From: Paramoeba atlantica
Taxonomy: Eukaryota > Protista > Discosea
Reading direction: 5' to 3'
Assembly: GCA_977017575.1 (NCBI GenBank)
Contig: CDRNVI010000225.1
Location: 1 to 64,000, forward strand
Length of the DNA: 64,000 nucleotides
A program made the position numbers and the translations under genes. Shown in pieces: positions 1 through 10,400 of the stretch; the stretch's first letter is position 1; each line of letters begins with the position of its first letter. The notes under the pieces were generated by a model. The model did no database searches and had not been told where the DNA came from. It was given only the letters and a program-made list of their open reading frames with translations.

Positions 1-447
1 CCTAAACCCTAAACCCTAAACCCTAAACCCTAAACCCTAAACCCTAAACCCTAAACCCTAAACCCTAAACCCTAAACCCTAAACCCTAAACCCTAAACCC
101 TAAACCCTAAACCCTAAACCCTAAACCCTAAACCCTAAACCCTAAACCCTAAACCCTAAACCCTAAACCCTAAACCCTAAACCCTAAACCCTAAACCCTA
201 AACCCTAAACCCTAAACCCTAACCCCTAAACCCTAAACCCTAAACCCTAAACCCTAAACCCTAAACCCTAAACCCTAAACCCTAAACCCTAAACCCTAAA
301 CCCTAAACCCTAAACCCTAAACCCTAAACCCTAAACCCTAAACCCTAAACCCTAAACACTAAACCCTAAACCCTAAACCCTAAACCCTAAACCCTAAACC
401 CTAAACCCTAAACCCTAAACCCTAAACCCTAAACCCTAAACCCTAAA
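1..447. repeat. Telomeric repeat array (CCCTAAA)n, i.e. TTTAGGG-type, left chromosome end
   Basis: About 64 tandem CCCTAAA units from base 1. Two single-base variants: CCCTAAC near 223 and CACTAAA at 357-363. C-rich strand on +, as expected at a left end. Confidence 0.98.
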
Positions 448-1248
448 CCAAAAAAAGAAAAAAAAAATGGATGATGTGGCAACATTTGATTGGGAATTGG
501 ATTTTTTTTTTTTTTTCAGAAAAGAAAGTGGTGGGTGAGAAAAAAACAGAAAAACAGAAAGAGAAAAGAAAGAAATTGAAAGAAAAGAAGAGTTAAAAGG
601 TTTGGAAAGATATATGATAGATTGTTTAATTTACCAATGAACTTTTTTATTCTATATTTCAAGTGAATGTTTTAGTTTGTTATTCTTTTTTTTTTTCTTT
701 ATTCACAAACTATTAAAAACAACACCACCAGATCAATCATTTCACTTTTCCACACACAATCAAAAGAAAGAATTGAGAAAATCAAAGAAAAACAAAAAGT
801 TTCTTTTTTAGCACATCTTATGCTTTGACATTTTTCGTTTCTTTCAGATAGAATTGTCACCTTAATCGATTCAATTCATAAATCTTTTGAAAAAATTCAT
901 TAGTTTTTTACAATATATAGGGAAAATCAATAGGTGGCCAAATAATGAATTCGCTGTAATTCTCACATGACTCAAGTTGATAGTATTTGGACTTGACATC
1001 ATCAGTCATCCTCAAACCTTCCAAAAGTTGGTTTTTGATCTCTGTATGGCTTCAAGTTACATTTACAAACCCCTTAATACTGATACAAGTGCTTTTTACT
1101 CGTACAAATTCAATATTTCTGAGGACTTCATAACTCATATAATGAAGTTCTTGAACATTACTGTCAAGGAAAAGGGAGTGAGAATACCCAACTCGAAGAA
1201 GTTAGAGACATTTTCAAAGTCTAAGTACAAGATTCTTCATACCATTAG

Positions 1249-2606
1249 GCATGGGAGGGAGCAAAAGCTACAGCTAAAGGAGGTGACATGCTTTCTATTG
1301 CTTTGACTATTCAGTACCAAAAAGACTACCCAACGAAACAACTTGTTGATAAGACCCAAAACTCCCTTTTATTAGTCTTGAACCCTAATAGACAAAAGCT
1401 GAAAAAGGTGAAAAAGAGGGCACAGGAGTTGTAATGCCAAGCCTGTGAAGACTTTGGTCATGTACTGTCAGGTTGTAAGAGTGTTTTGACTCTTGAAGAT
1501 GCTTCTTGATTTGGTGTTGTTTTGTTGTTTCCTCTGCATTTTCCCAATTAGGGAGCGTTTTGTTTTGCCCAAATTTGTATTTCGTCACAAATTTGGTTTG
1601 TATTGCTTTTGTTGTACTTTGAGCAGAAGTTGTAGATATCATAGTAAATTTAGGAGATTTAAACCGATCTGTTTCCTTGTTCTGTTTGTATTAGTAGTAG
1701 AGATGCACCACTCCATACTTATACCCAAAAATTGTCCTTTGGTGAAAGAAGTGATGCAAAAAGGGTTGAAATATTGCTGTCATTGTAGTAATCAAAACAT
1801 CCACATTATGCAATGCTACAAAGTAACTAGAAAAAGGAAAAGAAAGTTGAAAGATCAAGGTCCAAGAGGACAACAAAAACAACAAGGTCAAGGTTCAAAT
1901 AGAGACCAAGACCTACATAAAAAAAGAAAACAAGAATTTGAAGAATTTGCTTACAAAATGGATGAAAAGATGAACCAACAATTCAATGAATTGAAAAGTC
2001 TCTTCATACAAAGTAGTGGTCAAACTCAACAAACTCCAATAAATTATAATACACTATATTTTGATCTTTCTTGTAAAAATTCAAGTAAAAATCCTTCTCC
2101 ACAAGAGAAAAAAAATACACAAAAGAAAGAAAATAGACAATTTATGGATGTCCATAATATTCTAACCAAATATTACAAAATGGTAATTAATTCTCCAGAA
2201 TTAACCAATTCAGAACCCATCTGCATCCTCTCCTTAAGTTAAATTGAACAAAAAAGAGAAGAAAGCTGTGATATCAGGGGACCTCTAGAATTTGAGTCAA
2301 AAATAGGCAATCTAAATTCAATAACATGCCTCAACACAGGATCTGGAATTAATGTAATCAATTTACAACAATTAAAAAGACCTGATATTCAAATATTAAG
2401 AAGAAGAAAAATCCATACTTTAAAAGTCACAGTTGGAAATTTTTCCAAAGTTGTTGTAAATGAAGAAGTTTTATTGAGAGTAAAATTTTTACATTTTAAA
2501 GCCAATTTATGGTTCTTCATATTTGACCACCTTCCTGTCCAAACGTTGATAGGCTGGCCAGCTATGAAAAGACTAAAACTTGGAACAGATGGTAATTATA
2601 TTCTGT
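1249..2606 (+). pseudogene. Gypsy gag (zinc knuckle) and aspartic protease remnant
   Basis: CQACEDFGHVLSGC (CX2CX4HX4C) at 1435-1476. After the TAA at 2240-2242 the frame of ORF 1493-2242 continues with ...ITCLNTGSGINVI...TLIGWPAMKRLKL. This is a D(T/S)G protease with catalytic D changed to N at 2333-2335. Confidence 0.8.
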
Positions 2607-3476
2607 AGCAAGAAAAAAAGCTTGTTCAAGCAAAGTCAAAAGAAAATAATCTTCAAATGAATAAACTTAGTCTGGATTTGGAACTTTTTGATGATAGAAG
2701 GAACTGGAGAAGTAAAACCCTAGTCACAACAGTAATAACTAGTGGCATTCCCCCAAAATCAGCTGTGATAGTGCCACTCACAGCAAAAGAACAAGTTTCA
2801 TCACCAGAATGTTTCTTCTTTCCAAAAGATAGTGGAAAAGGCAAATTAATTGCTCTATAAGGTTTTATTTCAATTACTCAAAAAGAAAGACTTGAAAGAA
2901 AGAAAAACATCTATCAATCAAACATATTAGTAATTAATCCAACAAACAAATATGTAAAACTTAAAAAAAGATAGGAACTTGGTTCCATATATGAGATTAA
3001 TGATGATGATGTTGAACAAACAGAACTTCTTCAAATATCAAATCATTTGTTCCTTGATCTTCAAGATATTCAACCTGTAAAAAAGATGAATACAAAAGAA
3101 TAAGATCAAAAATCAAAAGAAAAAAAACCATTTAATTCAAAAGTGGGAGCAAACTATTTTAAAACTCTCAACAGTCCTTGGCTTGATGCTTGGGTTGCTA
3201 AAGAAAATAAAATGTTGTTTCTTAAAGAGGAACAAAAACGCAAATTTTCAAAAAATTTTACAGAAGAAATTTCTCTGATTCAAAGTCAAAAACAACTCAA
3301 AATAAATCCAACAATGGAAACAAATGCTTTTGACAAATCAAAGATAAATCAAGTTTTTGCTCTCCTTACAAATCCAGAAAATGAACCATCAGATTTTGGT
3401 GAAGAAAATCAAATGAAATCTAAATTAAAAAAAGTATATGAGACATTTCAAATCAATGCTACAAACTTGAATTCTC

Positions 3477-3897
3477 TTTTTTTCTTTTTGAGACAGACTT
3501 TATTCAATTAGTAGTTCTTAATCTAAGTCATTTAAATTACATTAAATTATGTTTGTTTTTAACCTCTAACAAGAAGTGAAGTTTTAAACTTCAGCTTAGT
3601 TCAGTTGGTCTTTATGCTGAACTTTAGAACTTCTGTAAGTTCAGGCTGGAGGATGCACATCAGAAGGGAGAATAATCCAAAGCTCCTTCCAAGGGAATTT
3701 ATCCTCAACTTTTTAGCAAACAAGGCTGAGATGTAACCTGTTCCGATTTTCACACTTCTTCAAAAGCTCCTCACTCCAATCAAATCACTCTACAGCATCA
3801 GAAAAATTTTCTATAATATCAAAAAACTGGAATTTGAACTCACCCTCCCAGGGTTGGACATAGTTGAATTTACGACTAAACTACGGGCGCCAACCCG
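3477..3897 (-). mobile_element. tRNA-headed SINE, full-length copy 1
   Basis: T-rich tail at the + left end. A/B-box-like head at the right end. TSD caaactt(g/a)aattctc at 3462-3476 and 3898-3912. Homologous to the four other copies. Confidence 0.9.
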
Positions 3898-3912
3898 CAA
3901 ACTTAAATTCTC

Positions 3913-5300
3913 AACAACAAATTAAATTAGCAAAACTGCGAACTGAATTTAAAGACCTTTAGGATGAATAAAAAAGAGAAGGTCCATTGACTCGAACAAC
4001 AGCAATAGAGCATAAGATTGAAACTGATGCAACTGCTAAACCAGTTCGCACAGTTCCTCAAAAAACAACTCCTACTGAAGATTACATTATTTGGAAACAT
4101 ATTGATAAAATGGTGAAAAGAAAAGTAATTCAACCTTCAACCTCACTATAAACTTTATCAATTCTATTGGCAGACAAAAAGAATAGCAAAATCCGATTTT
4201 GTATTAATTTTTGTTGTCTTAATAATGTTACAAAGAAGGATGTATATTCTCTTCCAAAAATGGATACAATTCTTGGAACCCTTAACAATTCCTTATATTT
4301 CTCATCAATTGATCTGATAGATGCCTTTTAGTCAATTCTGATCTGACAACAAGATGTTGAAAAAACAGCTTTTATAAGCAAATATGGACTTTGGGAATTT
4401 CTCTTAATGCCATTTGGATTGTGTAATGCTCCAGCAACACAACAACGTTATATTGAAGCTGTATTAAATGGATTCATATGGAGATGTTGTTTTGCATAAG
4501 TTGATGATATTATCTGTTTCAGCAATTCCTTTGAAAAACATTTAGAAGACTTGAGGGATATATTAGAAAGACTAAAGAAACATAATTTAATTTTACAACC
4601 TTTAAAATGTTCTTTCTATAAACCAACTTTTGAAATACTTGGCTTTGTTGCTACAAAGGATAGTTTATCACCAAATCCAAAAAAGGTTAAAGCAATCCAA
4701 AATTATTCCCTTCCAAAATCACCAAAGGAGGTTGAAATATTTATAAAAATGGTTACTTGGTTGAAAAGATTCATACCAAACCTCTTCAAATTAACTTTTC
4801 ATCTAAGAAAAACAAAAACATTAAAAGAATTGAAATTTTTCCTATCAGAAAAAGTTGAAAAAGAATTTCAAATACTGAAAAACATACTCAAAAAAGAAAC
4901 CTGTGTAGCACATTCAGATCTCTCAAAAAGATTCTTCATCTATATTGATGCTAGTTCTTGAAGTCTTGAAGTTATCCTAACACAATTAGATGACAAAGGT
5001 TATCACAGAGTAATCGAGTATGCTTCAAAGGCATTAACACTAACTCAACAAAAATATACTAATCTTGTTAGAAAAGGATTAAGAATTATTTGGGCTTTAA
5101 AAAACTTTAAATATTATGTTCACGGAAGAGAATCGATTGTAGTTTGTGATTGTCAAGCTCTGCGCTCAGTCTTCTCAAGAACTGGAACAAAAATCCCTGA
5201 ACATGCAATATTGTATAATTGGGTTGCCTGAACATTAGAATATAATCCTTTCATCATACATAAACCTGGAAAACTGATGGCTATTCCAGATGTGTTGAGT
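3913..5300 (+). pseudogene. Gypsy reverse transcriptase and RNase H remnant
   Basis: KIRFCINF, KTAFISKYGLWEFLLMPFGLCNAPAT, FA*VDDII (YVDD destroyed), LQPLKCSF, FIYIDAS, IEYASKAL, IHKPGKLMAIPDVLSR. Confidence 0.93.
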
Positions 5301-5435
5301 AGGCACTTTGTTGGATACAAAGACAACAAAGATGAAAAGAAAGATTACATGACAAATTGTTTTGAAAAAATAATTGACCTCACACTAGATGAAATGTCAA
5401 AAAGCAAAGCAATGTTGAGACAAAAAAATATCCTT

Positions 5436-5859
5436 TTTTTTTTTTTCTTTTTGAGGCAGACTTTATTCAATTAGTAGTTCTTAATCTAAGCCATTTGAAT
5501 TACATTAAATTATGTTTGTTTTTAACCTCTAACGAGAGGTGAAGCTTTAAACTTCAGCTTAGTTCAGTCGGTCTTTATGCTGAACTTTAGAACTTCTGCA
5601 AGTTCAGGCTGGAGGATGCACATCAGAAGGGAGAATAATCCAAAGCTCCTTCCAAGGGAATTTATCCTCAACTTTTTAACAGACAGGGTTGAGATGTAAC
5701 CTGTTCTGATTTTCACACTTCTTCAAGAGCTCCTCACTCCAATCAAATCACTCTACAGCACCAGAAAAATTTTCCATAATATCGAAAAACTGGGATTTGA
5801 ACTCGCCCCCCCAGGGTTGGATATAGTTGAATTTACGACTAAACTACAGGCGCCAACTG
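5436..5859 (-). mobile_element. tRNA-headed SINE, full-length copy 2
   Basis: TSD gacaaaaa(a/g)atatcctt at 5419-5435 and 5860-5876. Poly-T at left, tRNA-like head at right. Confidence 0.9.
5793..5846 (-). promoter_or_regulatory. RNA polymerase III internal promoter (A box and B box) of the SINE head
   Basis: Minus strand reads TAGTTTAGTCG (5846-5836, A-box-like) and AGTTCAAATCC (5803-5793, B-box-like), 32 nt apart as in tRNA genes. Equivalent motifs are present in copies 1 and 3. Confidence 0.75.
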
Positions 5860-5909
5860 GACAAAAAGATATCCTTGAAAAAATAGAGGTAATTGATTCT
5901 TCACCAGAC

Positions 5910-6334
5910 TTTTTTTTTTTTTTTTTTGAGACAGACTTTATTCAATTAGTAGTTCTTAATCTAAGCCATTTGAATTACATTAAATTATGTTTGTTTTTAA
6001 CCTCTAATGAGAGGTGAAGTTTTAAACTTCAGCTTAGTTCAGTTGGTCTTTATGCTGAACTTTAGAACTTCTGTAAGTTCAGACTGGAGAATGCACATCA
6101 GAAGGGAGAATAATCCAAAGCTTCTTCCAAGAGAATTTATCCTCAACTTTTTAGCAAACAGGGTTGAAATGTAATCTGTTCCAATTTTCACACTTTTTCA
6201 AGAGCTCCTCACTCCAATCAAATCACTTTACAACACTAGAAAAATTTTCTATAATATCGAAAAACTGGGATTTGAACTCGCCCCCCTGGGGTTGGACATA
6301 GTTGAATTTATAACTAAACTATAGGCACCAACCC
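5910..6334 (-). mobile_element. tRNA-headed SINE, full-length copy 3
   Basis: TSD ttgattcttcacca(g/a)ac at 5893-5909 and 6335-6351. Confidence 0.9.
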
Positions 6335-6528
6335 TTGATTCTTCACCAAACCAAACATTTGATCTCCCTGAGGTCAGAACACTTTGGTAAAAAGACGAAA
6401 AACTTTCTCAAGGGAAGAACACCATAGAGGTTGATGGAGACACCATAGATCATCTTCTTGTTTTGCTTCCTTTCTTGGCTCAAGCCCAAAGATATGACAA
6501 GTTTTGCTCAAAAATCATCAATTACCTT

Positions 6529-7277
6529 TTTTTTTTTTTAAGGTTCAGACACCAGGTGCCATTTATTAGAGTTAAAAAACCATCTCTAGGATGGAAAAGA
6601 GGGGGGAAGAAAGGGGGGGGGGAGGGAAGATAAATTAAGAGTTAGATCCAAAGATCTCTTCAGCATAGGATGCATTGGAGTTTCTTTACCAACTTTAGTT
6701 CTCACTGAGGGGTCTGCGTTTGATTGTCTGCCTTCTAAAACCAGGGAGTGAATTCGGTTTGGAGGTTTCTATGAAGTTAATTACATTCCTTCGAAAATCT
6801 TCCTCAATAAAGCTCCTCACCAGATTGCTTTCTTGGGACTGATGGAACCATCCTTGAATATCTTTAGTAATTATTACAGGGAAGATTAAAGCATTCTCAA
6901 GAGCAGTTTGGGCTGGAAACAAAGCATGGGGGGTTGTCACTGTGTTTCCTTGGAATTTCCTTACAAAATTTCCTGGGGGGATGGGGAAAGTCCAGTCACG
7001 GGTGAGGGGGGAATTGATCCAGTTCCACAGGGTTGAATTCAAAATAATCCACTCTTCACTGGTTTCTGCAATATGTTGTGATCTTGAATCCCAATGATGG
7101 TCATTCACAGCACATGTTCCATCCTCTTTAGACCAACTTGCAGCAGTTGCAATTGCATCAGCTCGCTTGTTAAGTTCTCGAGGTACATGGATGAATTCTA
7201 TCTCATCAAAGCACATTGCTAACTTATGGATTTCACAAAGTAGTTCATTCAAGGCATAGTTTTTGATGGCATGGGTT
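6529..7277 (-). mobile_element. 5'-truncated copy of LINE family A (end of RNase H, C-terminal domain, 3' UTR, poly-A)
   Basis: Near-identical to 7431-8180. Poly-T at left. TSD aatcat(c/t)aa(t/c)tacctt at 6513-6528 and 7278-7293. ORF 6695-7252. Confidence 0.92.
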
Positions 7278-7430
7278 AATCATTAACTACCTTTATGGGA
7301 TACTCCCAAAATGCTGGTCAGAACTTAGAATGCTGCAAAGACAAGCATTCAAATACTGAATCAATGCGAATGGTATTTTAAGAAAAATTGATGAATCAAC
7401 TCCAGCCAAGACCAGACCTTCCACTGTATT

Positions 7431-10400
7431 TTTTTTTTTTTTAAGGTTCAGACACCAGGTGCCATTTATTAGAGTTAAAAAACCATCTCTAGGATGGAAA
7501 AGAGGGGGGAAGAAAGGGGGGGGGGAGGGAAGATAAATTAAGAGTTAGATCCAAAGATCTCTTCAGCATGGGATGCATTAGAGTTTCTTTACCAACTTTA
7601 GTTCTCACTAAGGGGTCTGCATTTGATTGTTCGCCTTCTAAAATCAGGGAGTGAATTCGGTTTGGAGGTTTCTATGAAGTTAATTACATTCCTTCGAAAA
7701 TCTTTCTCAATAAAGCTCCTCACCAGATTGCTTTCTTGGGACTGATGGAACCATCCTTGAATATCTTTAGTAATTATTACAGGGAGAATTAGAGCATTCT
7801 CAAGAGCAGTTTGGGCCAGAAACAAAACATGGGGGGTTGTCACTGTGTTTCCTTGGAATTTTCTTACAAAATTCTCTGGGGGGATGGGGAAAGTCCAGTC
7901 ACAGGTGAGGGGGGAATTGATCCAGTTCCACAGGGTTGAATTCAAAATAATCCACTCTTCACTGGTTTCTGCAACATGTTGTGATCTTGGATCCCAATGA
8001 TGGTCATTCACAGCACATGTTCCATCCTCTTTAGACCAACTTGCAGCAGTTGCAATTGCATCAGCTCGCTTGTTAAGATCTTGGGGTACATGGATGAATT
8101 CTATCTTGTCAAAGCACATTGCTAACTTATGGATTTCACAAAGTAGTTCATTCAAGGCATAGTTTTTGATGGCATGGGTTTTGGGTGCAGCCTTGGTGAG
8201 AATCATACAATCCCCGACAACTTCAATTTCATTCATCATTGATCTGGCACATTGCATTCCTTTCAAACAGCCTGTAAATTCACCAATATTGTTGGACCCA
8301 AGAGGGATGGTTTCAAATCCACCACAAATCTCTTTCCCTTCCCTGAAAACTGCAAAGCCCGCACCCCCCAGATGAGGGTTTGTATGGCCTGAACCGTCAT
8401 AAAACACTTGAAAGCCTTTAAATTTAAAACTTTCCTTCTCTTTGGTTCCTTTCTTTGTTTGGGTTCTTGGGGGCTGAGGGAGGATTTTGTTCTTTCTCAA
8501 GATTTTTTCGAAGATTTCAGTAGCATACTGGGGTGATTTCAATCCTTCCACACACACTGTGAGCCACAAACTCAACAGGGCAACACTCACCACAGAGGTT
8601 TCTTGTCTGGTGAGAAAATTTGAGACAAGGCCACACACATTCTTAGTTTCTTGCCAGCTGGGTACATTCAACAAAATACATTTCCTTCTCATTGCTTGGA
8701 GGAGGCCCTCAGCCACAGAACATTCCTCCAGAAGATGAGATCGTGACTCCTTTTCACGGTGGCAGAGTCGGCAACTTGAGTTTTGGTTTGTGAAGTGAGC
8801 CAACTTGTCTCTTGTAGGCAGCCCTCTTATTAGGAACTTAATCAAATTCCTCTTAAGTTGGGGCCTAATTGCATGTGCCAAGTTGTACACCACACACTCA
8901 GCTCTTCCTTCACCCACATACAGATCTTTGATTTCAATGGGGATCACTCAAGACATATTGGAATAAGCAACTCGAGTGGTCTGATCAAACACAACTTTGG
9001 CAGAAAAGCTTTGGGCTGCAAAAAGGGCATCCTTTCGCATGGCTCCAATGGAAAGAGGACTCCGATAATCGCTCCTCATTGGTGGACAAGAAGTGAGGAG
9101 GGCCCAGTTAAAAACAATAGGATGGTGCAGTTGAGGGTTTGAGTCCAAGGAAGGATAGCATGAGGTAAGAATGGAGGTTTTTGTGTTGGCATAGGCACCT
9201 AGAGCTGAGTGGATGGACTTCCACATCAAGGAGGTGACAGATTTTGGAATCAGTTTGAATCTCGCTAAATATCCTATGCATGGAGTTAGATAGGTATTGA
9301 CCATCCTTACTCTCGAGCAAAAATTGCCACCCCTTTTTTTGATTGCTGCTCCAACTTTCTTCATCTTTAGGATCACTTTCTCCCAATCCTTAAGAGGAGA
9401 TAACCGTTTACTCAACCTCACTCTCAGATATACAGTTTCATCCCCACAGTAATTGGATCTTGCCATCTCAGCCCAGGGGCCTACAGGTTTGAAAGACTCA
9501 GTTGAGAGGACAAAGCACTTATTAAAATTCAGTTTAGCTCCAGTCGCTTCTTCATATTTCTTGAAGGTTGGAGTGAGAGAATTGATGGTTTCAGCTTTCT
9601 GAATCACCATCCCCAAGTCATCCATAAAGCCTGATAGGTTTTGGGGGTTGTATTCCTTCTTCAGGCTCACCAGGAGGATGTCAAATACAATTACAAACAA
9701 AAGGGGGGAGATCGGGCATCCTTGTCTGACACCAGTTCGACTTTGGATTGATTCATTGTTGCCTCCCCTCTTGGATCCACCAATATTTGGCAGCCAGGTT
9801 ACAGATTCTCGAAGCACCTTCTCAACAACATAAATCGCTTGAGGGGGGGCGTTCAAACCTTTGAGAATATGAAGAAGTGCATCACGATTCACATAATCAT
9901 ATGCCTTGCAAAAGTCTGTTTGGAGGAGGGTCATGTCTTTTCCTTCTGCCAGAGCTTCGTAAAAAGAGTCATACACTGATTCCACTGCTTCGTCAATTGA
10001 CCTCCCCTTAAACATCGCATGCTGTTCTTTAGAAATTACTCCACTTGCAATCTCCATCAACCATTTTGCCCAATATCTCATCACAATCCGATAATCTGAA
10101 TTGGTAACACTGATTGGTCGAAATTGGTCAGGGCGGGGGATATTCTCGACTTTGGGAATCAAACAGAGTTGGCTCTCACCAAAAGAGGGGGGGAACTCCA
10201 TAATCTCACCCGCTTGTTAAATTAATTCCACCCACATGTCAAAATACTTTTCTTGTGTCACCTTATATAAAGAGAAAGGGATACCATCGGGTCCTGCACT
10301 GGTGTTATTGGTTCTCTGAAGAAGTTTATCAACTTTCTTCCTGTCAACATCATGTCTCTCAACTGGGGGAAAGCGAGGATGATGGTCAGCAATCAGTTCG

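Noticed and set aside
450-970. Candidate 5' LTR of the Gypsy element
   Set aside because: Only a 10-nt match (ttcacttttc) to the putative 3' LTR, which is expected by chance in AT-rich DNA.
1493-2242. 249-aa ORF as a host gene
   Set aside because: It lies between the gag knuckle and the in-frame protease, so it is part of the Gypsy gag-pol remnant.
3840-3897. SINE heads as functional tRNA genes
   Set aside because: No complete cloverleaf, anticodon arm or acceptor pairing. They are part of TSD-flanked repeats.
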